Assembly (NCBI RefSeq): GCF_009914755.1
Contig: NC_060926.1
Length of the DNA stretch: 64,000 nucleotides
Direction: 5' to 3' (one strand)
From: the human T2T-CHM13v2.0 reference genome, Homo sapiens
Position numbers and translations under genes: made by a program. The notes beneath the pieces were generated by a model. That model ran no database searches. It worked only from the letters and a program-made list of their open reading frames with translations, and had not been told where the DNA came from. Shown piece by piece: positions 1 to 12,740 of this stretch; positions within the stretch are counted from its first letter, which is position 1, and each line of letters opens with the position of its first letter.

Positions 1-162
1 TTAGGATTGTTTTTTCTAGTTCTGTGAAGAATGATGGTGGTATTTTGATGGGAATTGCATTGAATTTGTAGATTGCTTTTGGCAGTATGGTCATTTTCAC
101 AATATTTATTCTACCAATGCATGAGCGTGGGATGTGTTTCCATTTGTTTGTGTTATCTATGA
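1..162 (-). mobile_element. L1 (L1PB/L1PA-old type) ORF2 fragment, cut by the window edge
   Basis: Antisense L1 ORF2 sequence 'ctagttctgtgaagaatgatggtggtattttgatgggaattgcattgaatttgtagattgcttttggcagtatggtcattttcac'. Confidence 0.8.
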
Positions 163-315
163 ATAAATTACTTTTTAATTTTACTTAATTTAAATTTAAG
201 TAGCCACATGTAGATATTGACTCATAAGTTATAGAGTCAGCTCTAGATATTATTCCTCTATAATTCTGGGGCACTGCAAATATCTTCTTTTTATCAGTGG
301 TTTTCAACATGGTAC

Positions 316-922
316 AGAAATGGGGAAAGGACCTGAGTAGACATTTCTTGAAAGAAGACATACAAATAGTTGACAGGCATATAAAAAGGTGATTAGCATC
401 ACTAATCATCAGGGAAATCAAATCAAACCACAATAAAATATCATCTCATACCTGCTAGAATGTCTATGATCAAAAAGAAGAAAGGTAACAAGTATTGACA
501 AGGATGTGGAGAAAGGGAGACCCTTGTACACTATTGTATAAATTGGTACAGCCATTATAGAAAACTATGTAGAGATTCCTCAAAAAATTAAAAATAGAAC
601 TAGCTACATTCATCATTCACTTCTTGGTATATAAACAGAAGAAATGAAAATAGTATATTGAAAGGAGATTTGCACTCCCATGTTTATTTGCACAGTTGCC
701 AAGATATGCAAACAACCTAAATGTCCATTGATAAATGAATAAAGAAAATGTGATATATATATACACACACATACACATGTACATATATACACATATGCAA
801 TGGAATTCTAGCTAGGCTTTTATAAAGAAGAAAATCTTACCATGGTGAACCTGGAGGACATTATGCTATGTAAAATAAGCCAGACACAGGCAGAAAAATA
901 TTGCATGATCTCCCTTTTATGT
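316..922 (+). mobile_element. Old L1M (L1MA/MB-type) ORF2 3' end fragment
   Basis: 'aaatggggaaaggacctgagtagacatttc..aaagaagacatacaaat', 'caacctaaatgtccattgataaatgaat', 'gaacctggaggacattatgctatgtaaaataagccagacacag'. Confidence 0.8.
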
Positions 923-923
923 A

Positions 924-2982
924 TGTCTTATTTCATCTTCTGTTGTTATAACAATATTATAAATTGACTAATTTATAAAGAAAAGAAGTTTATTTAGCTC
1001 ATGATTTTGGAGACTGGGAAGTCCACGAGCATGACACAGGCATCTTGTGAGGCTCTCCTTGCTGTGTCATAACACGCCAGAGGGCATTGCATGGAGAGAG
1101 GGCAAGAGAATGTGCGTCAGCTCAGGTCTCCTTTTATCTTCTGTTAAAGCCACCGTTTCGTCATCAGGACCCCAGCCTGATAATCTTATCAAATTCTGAT
1201 TACCTCCCAAAGGCCCCACCATCAATCAGTGTATGAATTTGGGTATTAAGTTTCAAATGCATGAAATTTGGGGTCACTCAGAAGTCCATAGTCTCATTCG
1301 AGACTTCAGACACAACTCATTCTGAATCAAATTTTCCTCCAGTTGTGAGTCTGTGAAATCAAAATAAATTGTCTACATCCAAAATACAATGGTCAGACAG
1401 GCATAGGATAGACAGTCACATTCTAAAAGGGAGCAACAGGAAAGAAGAAAGGGTAAATAGGTCCCAAGTAAGTCTTGTTGATCTAAAGGAAGAAACTAAG
1501 ACAACAAACATAATTTTAAAGAGCTTATTTGAGCCAAGGTGAGGACAGCTGCCTGGGAAACACTTCCAATTTGCCTTGGGATGTACTTCATTCAGCCTTT
1601 GTTACAAACAGATTTTTAAAGGAAAAGAGGGGTACAAATAATGGCTTAATACAAGGTTGTTAGGAATTATCATTAGTTTGCAAAATGATATTGGTTAGTG
1701 ATTAGCTATACATTGTTGAACTATATGGTATGAGTTATGGTGTCCAGCATGACTCTTGTCATCCACAAGGATGGCTAAAGAGTAGAAATGAGAGCTCTCT
1801 TGGTGATACCACTTTGCAGACTGGGAAGAGATGGTCCCTGGCATGTGCCGAAGGTGCTCTCTGAAGAGAGGAAGGATGGAATGGGTTTTATGCCTCATAG
1901 GGCCTGTATCACACAATAGTATCATAATGTTCATCAAGTTTTGGGGAAAAGCTGTACATATTTATGAGGGGAGCTGAGCACATGTGCAATGAGTAAACAT
2001 ATATGTAACATACATCCCATGTTCACTTTGGGATGGATTTTAGCATTAAAATGAGATGGAATTTGGCTGTTCATGTTAAAGGTGAACCATAGGACACAAA
2101 GGAAGTTTGGTTGAAACTGGCTTAAGGTCTGCAGTTATCAGAAAAGAATGTTTGTAGGGCTGGTCCTCTGTCCAATCAGAGTTGTAACAGTCTGGGCTCT
2201 AAATCAGAGTTAGGGGTAATCTGATAGCTCCTACAGTTATGGAGTTTCGAGCTGTAGAAATTTAGAAATTTGCCATGCCAGCTGGGTCCTGAACCCTCCA
2301 TCCATAGGTAGCTTTGTCCTTAACCTTAGGGTCCATCTTCATTGATAAAGGGGCTATTTTTATCTCACATTCTTTGAAGCAGCCCCTACTCCACATTTCC
2401 ATTTGGCATTGGCCTTGTAGCGCTTTGCCCCTGCAACAAGTCTCTACCTGGGCCTCCAGGCTGTCTGTGACATCCTTTGAAATCTAGGTGGAGAAAGCCA
2501 TGCCCCTACAGCTTTTGCATTCTGTGCATCTGCAGAATTACCACCATGTGGACAATGCCAAGGTTTATGGCTTGTTCTTTCTGGAGTGGCAGGTCAAGTT
2601 GCACCTGGGGCCACTTGAGCCACAGCTCAGTGACTTAAAAACTGAATTTATAATGAAAAGAGAAGCAGAGTGGAAAGATTTGGAAAACTCTCAGCCTAGC
2701 CTTGTAAAGAGTGAAAAATCATGTTTGGGAGAAGAAACCAAGGACATGGTCCAGCTACCATTTGCTAAGGAACTTAGCACTGATAGAAGGAATCATCAAG
2801 ACAATGGGAGAAAGGTCGGGAAGGCATATTAAAGATCTTCTAGGCTCCTCCTCCCATATTAGGCCCAGAGCTCCAGAACACAGAATGGTTTTACGGAATG
2901 GGATCATGGCCCCCTACAGGGTCTCTACCAGTTTCTGCTTCCTGTGCTTGATGTAACACTCCTTGGTCACCCCAGCTGTGGT
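924..2982. mobile_element. MaLR MST-type LTR (~924-1290) plus MST-internal remnant, interrupted by an ERV1 LTR and partly inverted
   Basis: LTR 'tgtcttatttc..gttataacaat..taatttataaagaaaagaagtttatttagctcatgattttggagactgggaagtcc'; internal 'aaaatacaatggtcagacaggcataggatagac', 'catcctttgaaatctaggtggag', 'gatttggaaaactctcagcct'. Confidence 0.7.
1476..2369 (-). mobile_element. Solo ERV1 (MER4-group) LTR nested in the MST internal region
   Basis: TG...CA termini (tgttgatc...tctcaca); imperfect 4-bp TSD gtct/ttct; MER4-group motifs 'ttatttgagccaaggtgaggacagctgcctggg', 'atatgtaacatacatcccatgttcactttggg', 'cttaaccttagggtccatctt'. Confidence 0.7.
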
Positions 2983-3844
2983 TTAGGTTTATTTAGCAAA
3001 CATTCAATGATTTAGGTACTACCCTCACCCCACCCTAGATAGTTCTTAGAAGGCAATATTATTTATTTGTTGATATATCTGATTATATATTTATTTCTTG
3101 AGGATAAAGATTATCTCATTCACCTTAATCATTAACAGTTAACAAGGGATCAGCACGTAACAAGGGCTCAGCAAATATTTGTTGGTTTAAACATATATCA
3201 TGCAGCAGGAGCCATATTAGCCACATTGTCTATATAATTCTTCTGTCAGCAAACTTTACCCAAGATAAGATCAATTTGACTTGATCTTATGGCCTAGAAA
3301 GAAATTATTATACAGTATGCTTATATTCTTATCATATGGAGCCTAACCTTTATCATGTATTAACTGGTAATCTTATTTTATCAGTACCTAAAAGTTTACA
3401 TTATGAGAGCGATGGCAGCCAGCTAGGGCAACATGTGTTCAAATCTAGAAATGTTGGTCTGAAGATGTATAAAATTCCGTTTCTGGAGTATCTCTTTGCT
3501 TGACTGTTTTACATAATTGAAATGTTAATCATGTGATTTAATATTTAGAATAGTTTTCCTAAATATGAAATTAAATTATTAAATCTATTTTATTTTTGAA
3601 AAAATGACATTAAGCTTTGTTCTGTAACACATCTGTCTGATCATGTCACCACCATTATCCTTCCGGCCTTCATCTCTTTACATACCTCCTGGGTATCTTC
3701 ACCTATTCTCTTCTACCATCCTGCTTATTCTCACATACTGAGCAAATGTTTGTTTCTTGCTAAATTTTTAAAAGTTCATTTATCTTATCACTCTACTAGG
3801 ACTACAAGCTTCTGGGCAGTGACTGGACCTTTTCTTTCTCTTCC

Positions 3845-4043
3845 TTTTTTTTTTCTTGACAGGGTCTTCCTCTGTCATCCAGGCTGGAGTGCAGTGGCAC
3901 GGGCAAAGCTCACTGTAATCTCAAACTTCTTCGCTCAAGCGATCCTCCCTCCTTAGTCTTCTCAGTAGCTAGGACTACAGGCATGTACCACTACACCCAA
4001 CTGATTACTTTTTGGAGAGACAAGGTCTCCCTATGTTAGCCAG
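3845..4043 (-). mobile_element. AluJ-type element, 5'-truncated
   Basis: poly(T) then 'gacagggtctt..caggctggagtgcagtggcac..gctcaagcgatcctcc..gtagctaggactacaggcatg'. Confidence 0.85.
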
Positions 4044-4199
4044 TGTATTTTCTTCGTATATTATGGTGCTTAGGATATATGGTCAGCATGTAGGAGGAGC
4101 TCTGATTACTCAATTAAAAAGTTTACCCACATGTTCTGAATTATTCTGCCTTCAATTTAAGATGTGTTTTACTCTTTCTGGTGGATTATATTGAAGAAC

Positions 4200-5230
4200 A
4201 CATCCATATTTTTCCATTTACCGATACGATGTGCCAACCAATTGTTTGAGGTGTACAGCTTCATTTCTTACATCTCCCCTGAAGTGTAGACCCGTATATT
4301 CTATTGTGTCCTTGACATTTTCACGAGGATGCCTAAAAGGCAATTTAAATGTATGTTTTAAATTTAATTCTTGTCTTCCTCCCCCATACCTGCTCTTTCC
4401 CCAGTGTTCTCCACCTTAGTGATTGGCTTCTGGTTCACCTGGTTGTCATGACAAAAACTTTAGCATTATTGTTCATTGCTGTTTTTCTGTCATATCCCAC
4501 AGGCATTCCTATTGGCGTTCCCTTTAAAACACAGCCCTCTTAACCTTTACCCCCTCCACTCCACCATCAGTTTCTCACCTGGATTACTGCAACAGACTGC
4601 TCTTCGGCCTCTCTGCTACTCCCTTTGCCCACCCCCCAGCACACACCAAGTCTGTTCTTCACATAGTCGGAGCCAATGAAAACCCAAATGTGATCATGGC
4701 CGAAACTTCCAAGGGCTCTCCTCCACATTTAAATAAAATTCACAGAATCTGTACAGCCTGCAAATCCCTGCACATCTGGCCCTTCACTGTCTTTCTGACC
4801 TCATCTCCCACTATTCCCATTACTCACATTCTCTAGCCACACTGTTCCTGTACAGATCTTTAACCACGTTTCTGCCTCAGGTCCTTTGTACACGCCATTG
4901 CTGCCCCAACATACTTTTTCTCAGGAATATATACATCTCTCACTTAAGTCTATTGTTTAAACATTGTCTTATTATAGAGGTGAATCCTGACCATTCTCCA
5001 CAAAGTAACATATTCTCATCTCCGTAACTGTTTCCTTACTCTATTTTACTTCATAACCTTAATGCCAAACTCACATTATAATGCAGATATATTTTTATCT
5101 TCCTCCACAAGAATGTAAGTTTTTTAAAGGAAGAAATTTGCTTGTCTTTTTCACTGTAATCCCTGTACTTAGGGAAATTGCTGACATATAATATGTCCTT
5201 TTAAAATGCAATTTTTGAGTGTGACCGAAT
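4200..5230. mobile_element. L2 LINE fragment
   Basis: L2-like motifs 'tctcacctggattactgcaacagact', 'tctgacctcatctccc', 'cctcaggtcctttgtacacg', 'agaatgtaagtttt'. Confidence 0.65.
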
Positions 5231-5494
5231 TTCTCTCTGTGCTCAATTTAGAGTACATCTGCTTTCTTATTTGTTGTTCTGCATGAGATTGGGCTCCATT
5301 TTTAAGATTGCTGGACTGTATTTTCTAAGGATGTCTTTAATTTGTGCATTATTAAACTTATAACCTTCTGAATTATTAATTTGATTATGCATTCCTTTTA
5401 GGATAATTCATCATATATTTCATCTTTGATAAGTCATTCTTAGGAAGATGGAGTGAAAAATAAAGATATCTTTTAGATTTAAAAGTAGAAATTT

Positions 5495-5513
5495 TGGCCA
5501 CCAGATGGAGACC
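5495..5513 (+). promoter_or_regulatory. CTCF-like motif
   Basis: TGGCCACCAGATGGAGACC resembles the CTCF core TGGCCACCAG(G/A)(G/T)GGCGC; motif match only. Confidence 0.3.
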
Positions 5514-6791
5514 CAGTACTGACTTTTTGTGATAGGTTGACTATCCGAGAGAAGTAACCTTAAGAATACATGCTTAAACTGAAATGCATTTTTTTACTCC
5601 TAATTTGTATATTTCTAGCAACTTTACTCATTAGAGATATTATTACCTATATCAAGGAAGGTGTGGAGTGGTTAGCAAGTTGTACTAGAGAAGAATCATA
5701 GAATATAAAGCAACCAGAGGCGAATGTATTTGAAGATCAGGGTTCTTAGCTGATTCTCTGGTAAAGTAAGGTCAGAAGAGAACAGGCTGTTGAAGAAAGT
5801 GAAAATGTGCGGGTAATGCTGAGTGATGGAATTTTAGAGCCAAGGGAAATGTGTTAGAGGGGAAAAGGGCCAGACAGGAAAGAGTTCAGAAGGGAAAAAT
5901 AACTTGTGATAAAATAGGTGTAACTACAGCGTGCCTTCCTGACACAGCAGAGTAGAGAGACAATAAGAGTCATAAAGTAGATTTCAGAACGTCTTTGGTG
6001 GCAAGGATCTTCTAACTGGCCAGGCAGGTTGGATCTGCTTGTTCATTCCCAAATGAATGGGGACATTGGCTGACTTTATCACTCTATCTCTTTTATTTTT
6101 GGAATCATTTTTCCACAGTGCCATGTAATGTGGAGACTACATGTACCACATGAGGTACCTAAATATAACAATAAATACATTTCGTCTGGAGTTCTTAGCA
6201 AATAGGATTTCTTCATACTTGAAAGAAGAAACACCCCAGAAGGGAGAATTAAATAATTTTTCAATTTTTACTCACTGAGTTTTATTTACCTTACTTTCAG
6301 CAGTGGCCACACAAAAAAATCTCTTTATGCCAATGCCAGGAGGAGAAAAATAGTTCATAGCTTACATGCTATTTGACCTAAACATTAGAAGAGAAATTTG
6401 CCTTTTGTTTCATCGTCACCTTACGAAGAGGTTGATGATCTCTGCTCTGTTTTTCTTTCACCCCACAAACAGCAATAACCTTTTAATTGCTCTCTCTGCC
6501 TCTGCTCTCTTTTCTGTCCAATTTTGGCCCTCTGCAATCCTATGAAGCTAATTTACCTAAAACAAAAATGACCCAGCCGTATTTTTTTTGCAACTAAAAT
6601 CTGTCAGAGACTGCATTGAGTGCAGGGTGGAATCCAAACTCGTTAGCATAGCGAATTCTCCTGACCCTGACCCTACCTAGATTCTAGACTTGATGTTCAG
6701 CTCAGGTGTAACTTTTGAAGCCTTCCTTAACTCTTCTAGCAAAAGTGATAGAGCCACCTCTTTCGTGTTGTCATGGTTTTGTTTGCACTGT

Positions 6792-7490
6792 TACAGTAAT
6801 CCCTTCTTATGTGTAGTTTTGCTTTCCACTGTTTCGGTTACCTGCAGTCAGCTGCAGTCCAAAAACAGGGGAGTCTAGTACAATAAGGTATTCTGAGAGA
6901 GTGAGAGAGACCACATTTACATAACTTTTATTACAGTATATTGTTATAATTATTGTTGTTAATCTCTTACCATGCCTAATTTACAAGTTAAACTTTATCA
7001 TCGGTATGTATGTGTAGGAAAAAAAAACATAGTACAGGGTCCCACATCCACAACCCAAATCGATGGGTTCAGTCAACTGCAGATAGAAAATGTGACAACA
7101 AAAATAACAAAAATATTTTATTGAAATATTTTTTATTTCAATAAAAATAACAAGACAACAATAAAAAATGATACACATAAAACAATATGGCCTCTTGGGC
7201 AATGTAAATATAAATTTACATAGCATTTACATTGTATCGGGTCTTATAAGTAAGTTAGAGACAATTTCAAGTATACGGGAGGATATGCATAGGCTATATG
7301 CAAATACTACACCATTTTATATCCAGGACTTGAGCATTTGCAGATTTTGGTATTCATGGGGGTGCTAGAGCCAATCCCCCGGATGTACTGAGGGATGACT
7401 GTATATTTCTGTTTTGGTATGACCCATGGTTTTATGGAATCCACTGAAGGTCTTGGAACTATCCCCTGAAGATAAGGGGGACTACGGTAT
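6792..7490. mobile_element. MER44/Tigger7-type DNA transposon with a nested MER2-type element (~7035-7402)
   Basis: TA-flanked ends 'tacagtaatcccttcttat' and 'gataagggggactacggta'; inner MER2 end 'gacttgagcatttgcagattttggtattcatgggggtgctagagccaatcccccggatgtactgagggatgactgta'. Confidence 0.7.
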
Positions 7491-8119
7491 TAAATCACTT
7501 TTCACCTTATGTTGTATTTAATTTTATTGATTTTGATCTTACATAGGTTTTGAGTTCCTTGAGATTGGGGATCCTATTTCCCAAGGTCTTCAGTGAAAGA
7601 ATTATTTACTGAGAATTATTGTTACTGAGAGAGCAATTAGCAAATTTTTTTGATGAACCTTTCAATTTTGTTTCTGTAACCTTCCAGTTTTGGTTTTGTA
7701 AAAAACTATAGTATCATTTATTTTCTGTCATTGTTTTCTACAGACTTTAGATAACCAATCTGATTTAAAAATTGTTTGCATTTTAATGTTCAAAACCAAA
7801 ATAGCCTCTTGGGCAAATAGAAAAACAAAGAGGGTATTGTTATTTTAACCTCTTATAATGTAACTCATTCATTGCCTTTATAGTACATCATGAATACAAT
7901 TTAATAGAATCATTTTCTCTTTTAATAGTTACATACAAATTGAACACCAATAAGGTTAATCAGTAACCATGTAGTATTAATCAACATGAAGAATCAGTTT
8001 CAATCTACATACTCCCTCTCAAAACTGCTTACATCAAATGCACCGAAACAACAGTATAGAAATTGACTGAAGTACAGGATAGTGAGTACTAGTAATCCCA
8101 ATATTGAGGAATACTTTAG

Positions 8120-8560
8120 GATTCATTTATTTATTTATTTGGCAAACATTTATTCAGCATCTACTATTTGTCAGGCACTGTCCCTGACCTGGAGAATATC
8201 TGTAAATAAAAGAGTCAGCTCTCAACTCTCATGGAATTTAACATCTTATTTTGGAGACAGACAGTGAGAAGTAAACAATAAATGAGCAATATGATTTTGG
8301 ATAATGGTAATTGCTATTAGGAAAATCAAGCAGAGGAATAATGTATAGAATTGATGAAATGTGAAGAAGCAGTTTTACTTTTTTTTCTCATCTAAAAGAT
8401 TATGCGAGCAATGATGATAGTTTAGATTACAGTAGTAGTGGTAAATATGGTAAAAAGTATATGTATGTGGGATATATTTTGGAGATGGAGGTATCAAGAC
8501 TCTCTGATAGATTGGATGTGAAAGATAAAGATAAAGAGATTTTTAAAAGGATGATTTAAA
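8120..8560. mobile_element. L2 fragment
   Basis: 'attcatttattt..caaacatttattcagcatctactatttgtcaggcactgt', 'gggatatattttggagatggag'. Confidence 0.6.
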
Positions 8561-8909
8561 GTTTTTTTTTCTTTTGCTTGAAAAAAATCTTTCAGATTTT
8601 AGTAAAACAAATTGGATTTTGAAATTCTTGCACTTTTATGCTTAAAACTAAAAGGATATGGGGATGGTTTACTGGACTGGGAGGATGTTCAATAGACATA
8701 CAGGGTAAAAAGGAGTGGGAGACCCAAAGTATTCATCAGTCCTAAATACTCTTGCTTACTCTTTCAGATCACTTTCTCCCTCTTATCTAAGAAATTCTAT
8801 ACTTTGTGGCATTATCAAATAATTCGATAAATCTTAATATCATCACCCCAACAACCATTGCCATGTAAACCTGGAAATAAACTAAAATGTCTAGTGAGAG
8901 GGTGTATTT

Positions 8910-9401
8910 GTCAGAGTGTGCTAGATATTTTCTGTTTTTCCCTCCAAATTTACTATCCACTCTTTTTCAGCCTTTTCTGTTTCCCAGAGGCTGACTTTAT
9001 GGATTACATCAATGGGATATCTTATCCTCTGGATTTTGTTTAGGTTTGGCCAATGGGATACATAGACAGGAGATCTATGGGTGGGAAAATAATGAGATTG
9101 GCATGTTTATTTGCCTTCCTTCCTCACTACCAACTTACCATGGGCTTGCTGTGTTCCTTTTCTGAGGACCACAGCTCTGACCTGGTGATCCTCTCCTACA
9201 GCTACTCTCACTGGGTTTTAGTATCCACTTTGTCCCCTTCCTCCTTAAGGCTTAGGGGATTTCTTGTTGCTAGTCCCTAGGGTACTGCACCATCCCTTGT
9301 TGATTCCCTTTAACCCCTTCTATAGACCTTTATTAAAGTCTCTTCAAAGACCCCTAACTATACCATTTGTTTCCTTCTAGGACTTTATTTTTTCATTTGA
9401 C
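8910..9401. mobile_element. Old ERVL-class LTR (LTR16-like)
   Basis: TG...CA bounded (tgtcagagtg...tttgaca); 'ggctgactttatggattacatcaatggg', 'ggtttggccaatggga', 'ccttttattaaa'-like signal. Confidence 0.5.
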
Positions 9402-12400
9402 AGCCACAGAAGCTGACTTTGGCTGAATTAAGCAATGAAGAAATTAACTGCAAAGGTTATTAGGTATCTGATAGAATTATCTGAAATCATGTTGCATAAC
9501 TTGCCCAATGAGAAAACTGTCACTGTTGCTACTATCCCTGTGTAACCCTAGATGCATGCAATTGTTGCTAGTCATTGTTCCCTACCAATACCATTTCTGA
9601 TTCAGAAACGGAACCTTAAAATCAATAAGAAATGGCTGTTCCTGACACTAGTGCCAAAAAAAAAAAAAAAAAAAAAAGGAAGCTTCAGGCAGAACTGGTT
9701 TTCTCACATTGCTCTTTTCTGGTTTTCTCACATTGCTCTTTTCTGGTTGGCCAAAAATACGGTATGTCCCTTCTGGTTCTTTGGCTACCCCATATCAATA
9801 AACACTCATATTCCATACTCAAACCTTTAAAATATGTAAAATGCTATTTGTTGATGCAATACAACTATCATTTAAAATGAAAATGAATACATGATCACAA
9901 TATCCTCAAAAGAGACAACCCAAAGTCTCCTAAATTAATTCATTTGACTGTAAGTCTGGCCTCTCTGAGTGATATCCATTTCTTTTCTGGTTTTATTGTA
10001 ATCCTGTTTTGACATTCTATAACTTGTGGACTAAAATGTGAAATTAGCCACTATCAAAACATCCCAGACAAAAATAGTAGTGGAACTGGAGTGGGCAAAG
10101 AAATTAGGTAGAATTTATAAATACATTTACAAAAAGCAAGGAAGAAAATATGGGGACATGATACAGCTCTTGCTTCTTCAACTAGTTACAAGTCCATAGT
10201 TACTATGTTTTCATTCTCTTTCTTATCATGCATTTGTTTCATGGCTTCTTTCCTTTCATCCAGCACCTCAGCTGGTCTTATCTCTTTACATGATAGGGGA
10301 TGCAAACCTTTGTTTCTGGGGGATTTGAGCCTTTGTAGTCTTGCCTGGATGGCATCATCCTACTCTTCTCTAGCCCCAGGTAGGGTAGTGCCAGGAGGCC
10401 CTCCAGGGGATCTTGAGTTATATTCATTCTCTTCCCTGTCCCAGTTGTGAAAAAGCATCCCTATTTTTCATTGAAAATTAGGAGCAATCACTCCAGCCAA
10501 CAACATTACAACCCTTCCCTGCATTTTCTAAAGAATTTATTCATCCAGTGGTATTAGGAGTCATAAATAGCCAGGTAGCAGGCTGTTTTGTTTTAAGTTT
10601 TTATTTGGACTGACTCTTGCACCCCTGAATGAAAGCATTCTCTTGGGTAATGAGAACATCTAAAATAGAAGAGCCCAGAATAGTAATGAGACACAAACAT
10701 TTTGCAATTAAGTCATTAGTTGTAAAAGTTAGATGTGATTTCCACCATTTGGTTCCTGGAACTGTTTATTCTGGCTATGGAAAATATGGGACATACATGG
10801 ATCGCTGGTTCAGAGTATATTCTTCATCTATTAGGACTGCATCACAAGGTATTTAAGTTATTGTCTTTTGGAGACTGAGAAGTGCATCTTCAACTAATTC
10901 ACCATTTTTAATGGAGAGTTGCATTTGGGTAATGAGGTACCTGTTAAGACCAATGAATTCCATAAACAGTAAAAATTATTCTTCCTTATTTTACTTTCAA
11001 ATTAGTTGTTTGTTAAAAGCAACGTGTGTGATATTGTGACACTCAATGACACATTCAGTAAGTACTCAGATGATAGTTTATGGCAGAAGAGTGGCAAAAA
11101 GGGAAAGTAAATCCAAATCCAGAGAAAATGTCTGTTTTGTAAGGACAAATTACTGGCCTTCCGTGATGGGAAAATTCAATGAAATTAACTGCTACTGGGT
11201 AGCTGATTGGCCCTTTGGGATTGGTATCCTCTTGGAAGTTCACTGTCAGTTTCTATTGCTTGAAAGTTTGTTTCTCTGCAATGAGATAATCCCAGGTGAG
11301 CTGAAATATGTATTGACGAAACATTGCAAACCTCCACCCTTGCCCCCGTGGCCATTTTGTTAATAAATTTATTAAGCAAGTACTGGGTAATCTGGGAAAG
11401 GAAATTGACTGACATTCACAGGCCGCATTATCTTTTCTTTCATATTTGTAGGGAGCCTCTTGTGTAGAGGTGGCATGCTCTACATATGAGACATAAATAT
11501 TTTCACGTTTTTGGCCCTTTCTGAGAGGTCTATCCCTGTGCCTCTTTCTCCATACCCTTCATGTCTAATCCTCTAGTCATCTTACTTCAAAGATTCTGTT
11601 AATCCATGTGGGCATTTTAAACTTCTCACTGGTTGGATTTTACATCCCCATTGTTCTGTGCAAGGCCACTTGAATTGCATAATAATGCTCCAGCAATCTG
11701 TCCTTCCTCAGTCAGCTGGCCACAAGGAGCTCTCCCTAGGACCAGAAGCGTGGGTTGAGAGGGAGGTGGCAGTGCAGCATACAATGAACGTTGCGTCCAG
11801 AATCCAAAGAAGTCCCCTGGACGTTAGACTTGTTTCTTGGCAGTGGAGATGACAGGCATGGCTATTTTCCTTTTGCTTTGTAGGGAATATTCTAACATAC
11901 CTTAGGTCACTGGAGCCCCAGAATCTTTAATAAGGTTTCAGGTCCCTGTATTTTCATGGATTATTTCGAGTGCTTGACCACACACGTGACTTAGCAAAGT
12001 ATCAAGTTTACTTTATACTTCCTAGTTCCCAGATTCCATCAGTATGACTCTGTTAATATAATGCACTAGCATCATGTTCTGCAAAATGGGAAACAGTAAA
12101 AGTCCAAGTAGACTAGATTGTTTTACCAGCCCTGAGAGGTGGTTTACCCTGAGGCAAAATAATGAAAGTTAACTTCTGCTACTGCTGAGTGAGAACAAGC
12201 TGCGTTGAGTATTGTTCCTTTAGTGGTCAGTAGAAAAAGAATTTCCAGATCACAAGCTGCATGTCAGGTGCTAGGAGTTGGTTTGCTTTACTTTAGTGAA
12301 GAGGCCACCACAACTGGACTGGAGGCTTCAATTGACATAATCACTTGATAAAGTTTTCCTTCTCTAAGACCTGTCTTGGAGTTAAGTAGGAAAGTGTTAG

Positions 12401-12554
12401 GAATTTGTACCTCAGTGACCTCCAAGAATTTGGTGGTGGCACTAATTTTTATAATTCTCCAAAGATATCTGGTGTTCCTTTAAATGTACTATTTAGATGA
12501 AAAGATGGCATTCCAGAAGGTTCCACTTGGCCATTCCTACCATAACAGACATTA

Positions 12555-12740
<186 letters not shown>

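Noticed and set aside
2488-2832. 114-aa ORF
   Set aside because: Spans the MST-internal inversion junction; repeat-derived.
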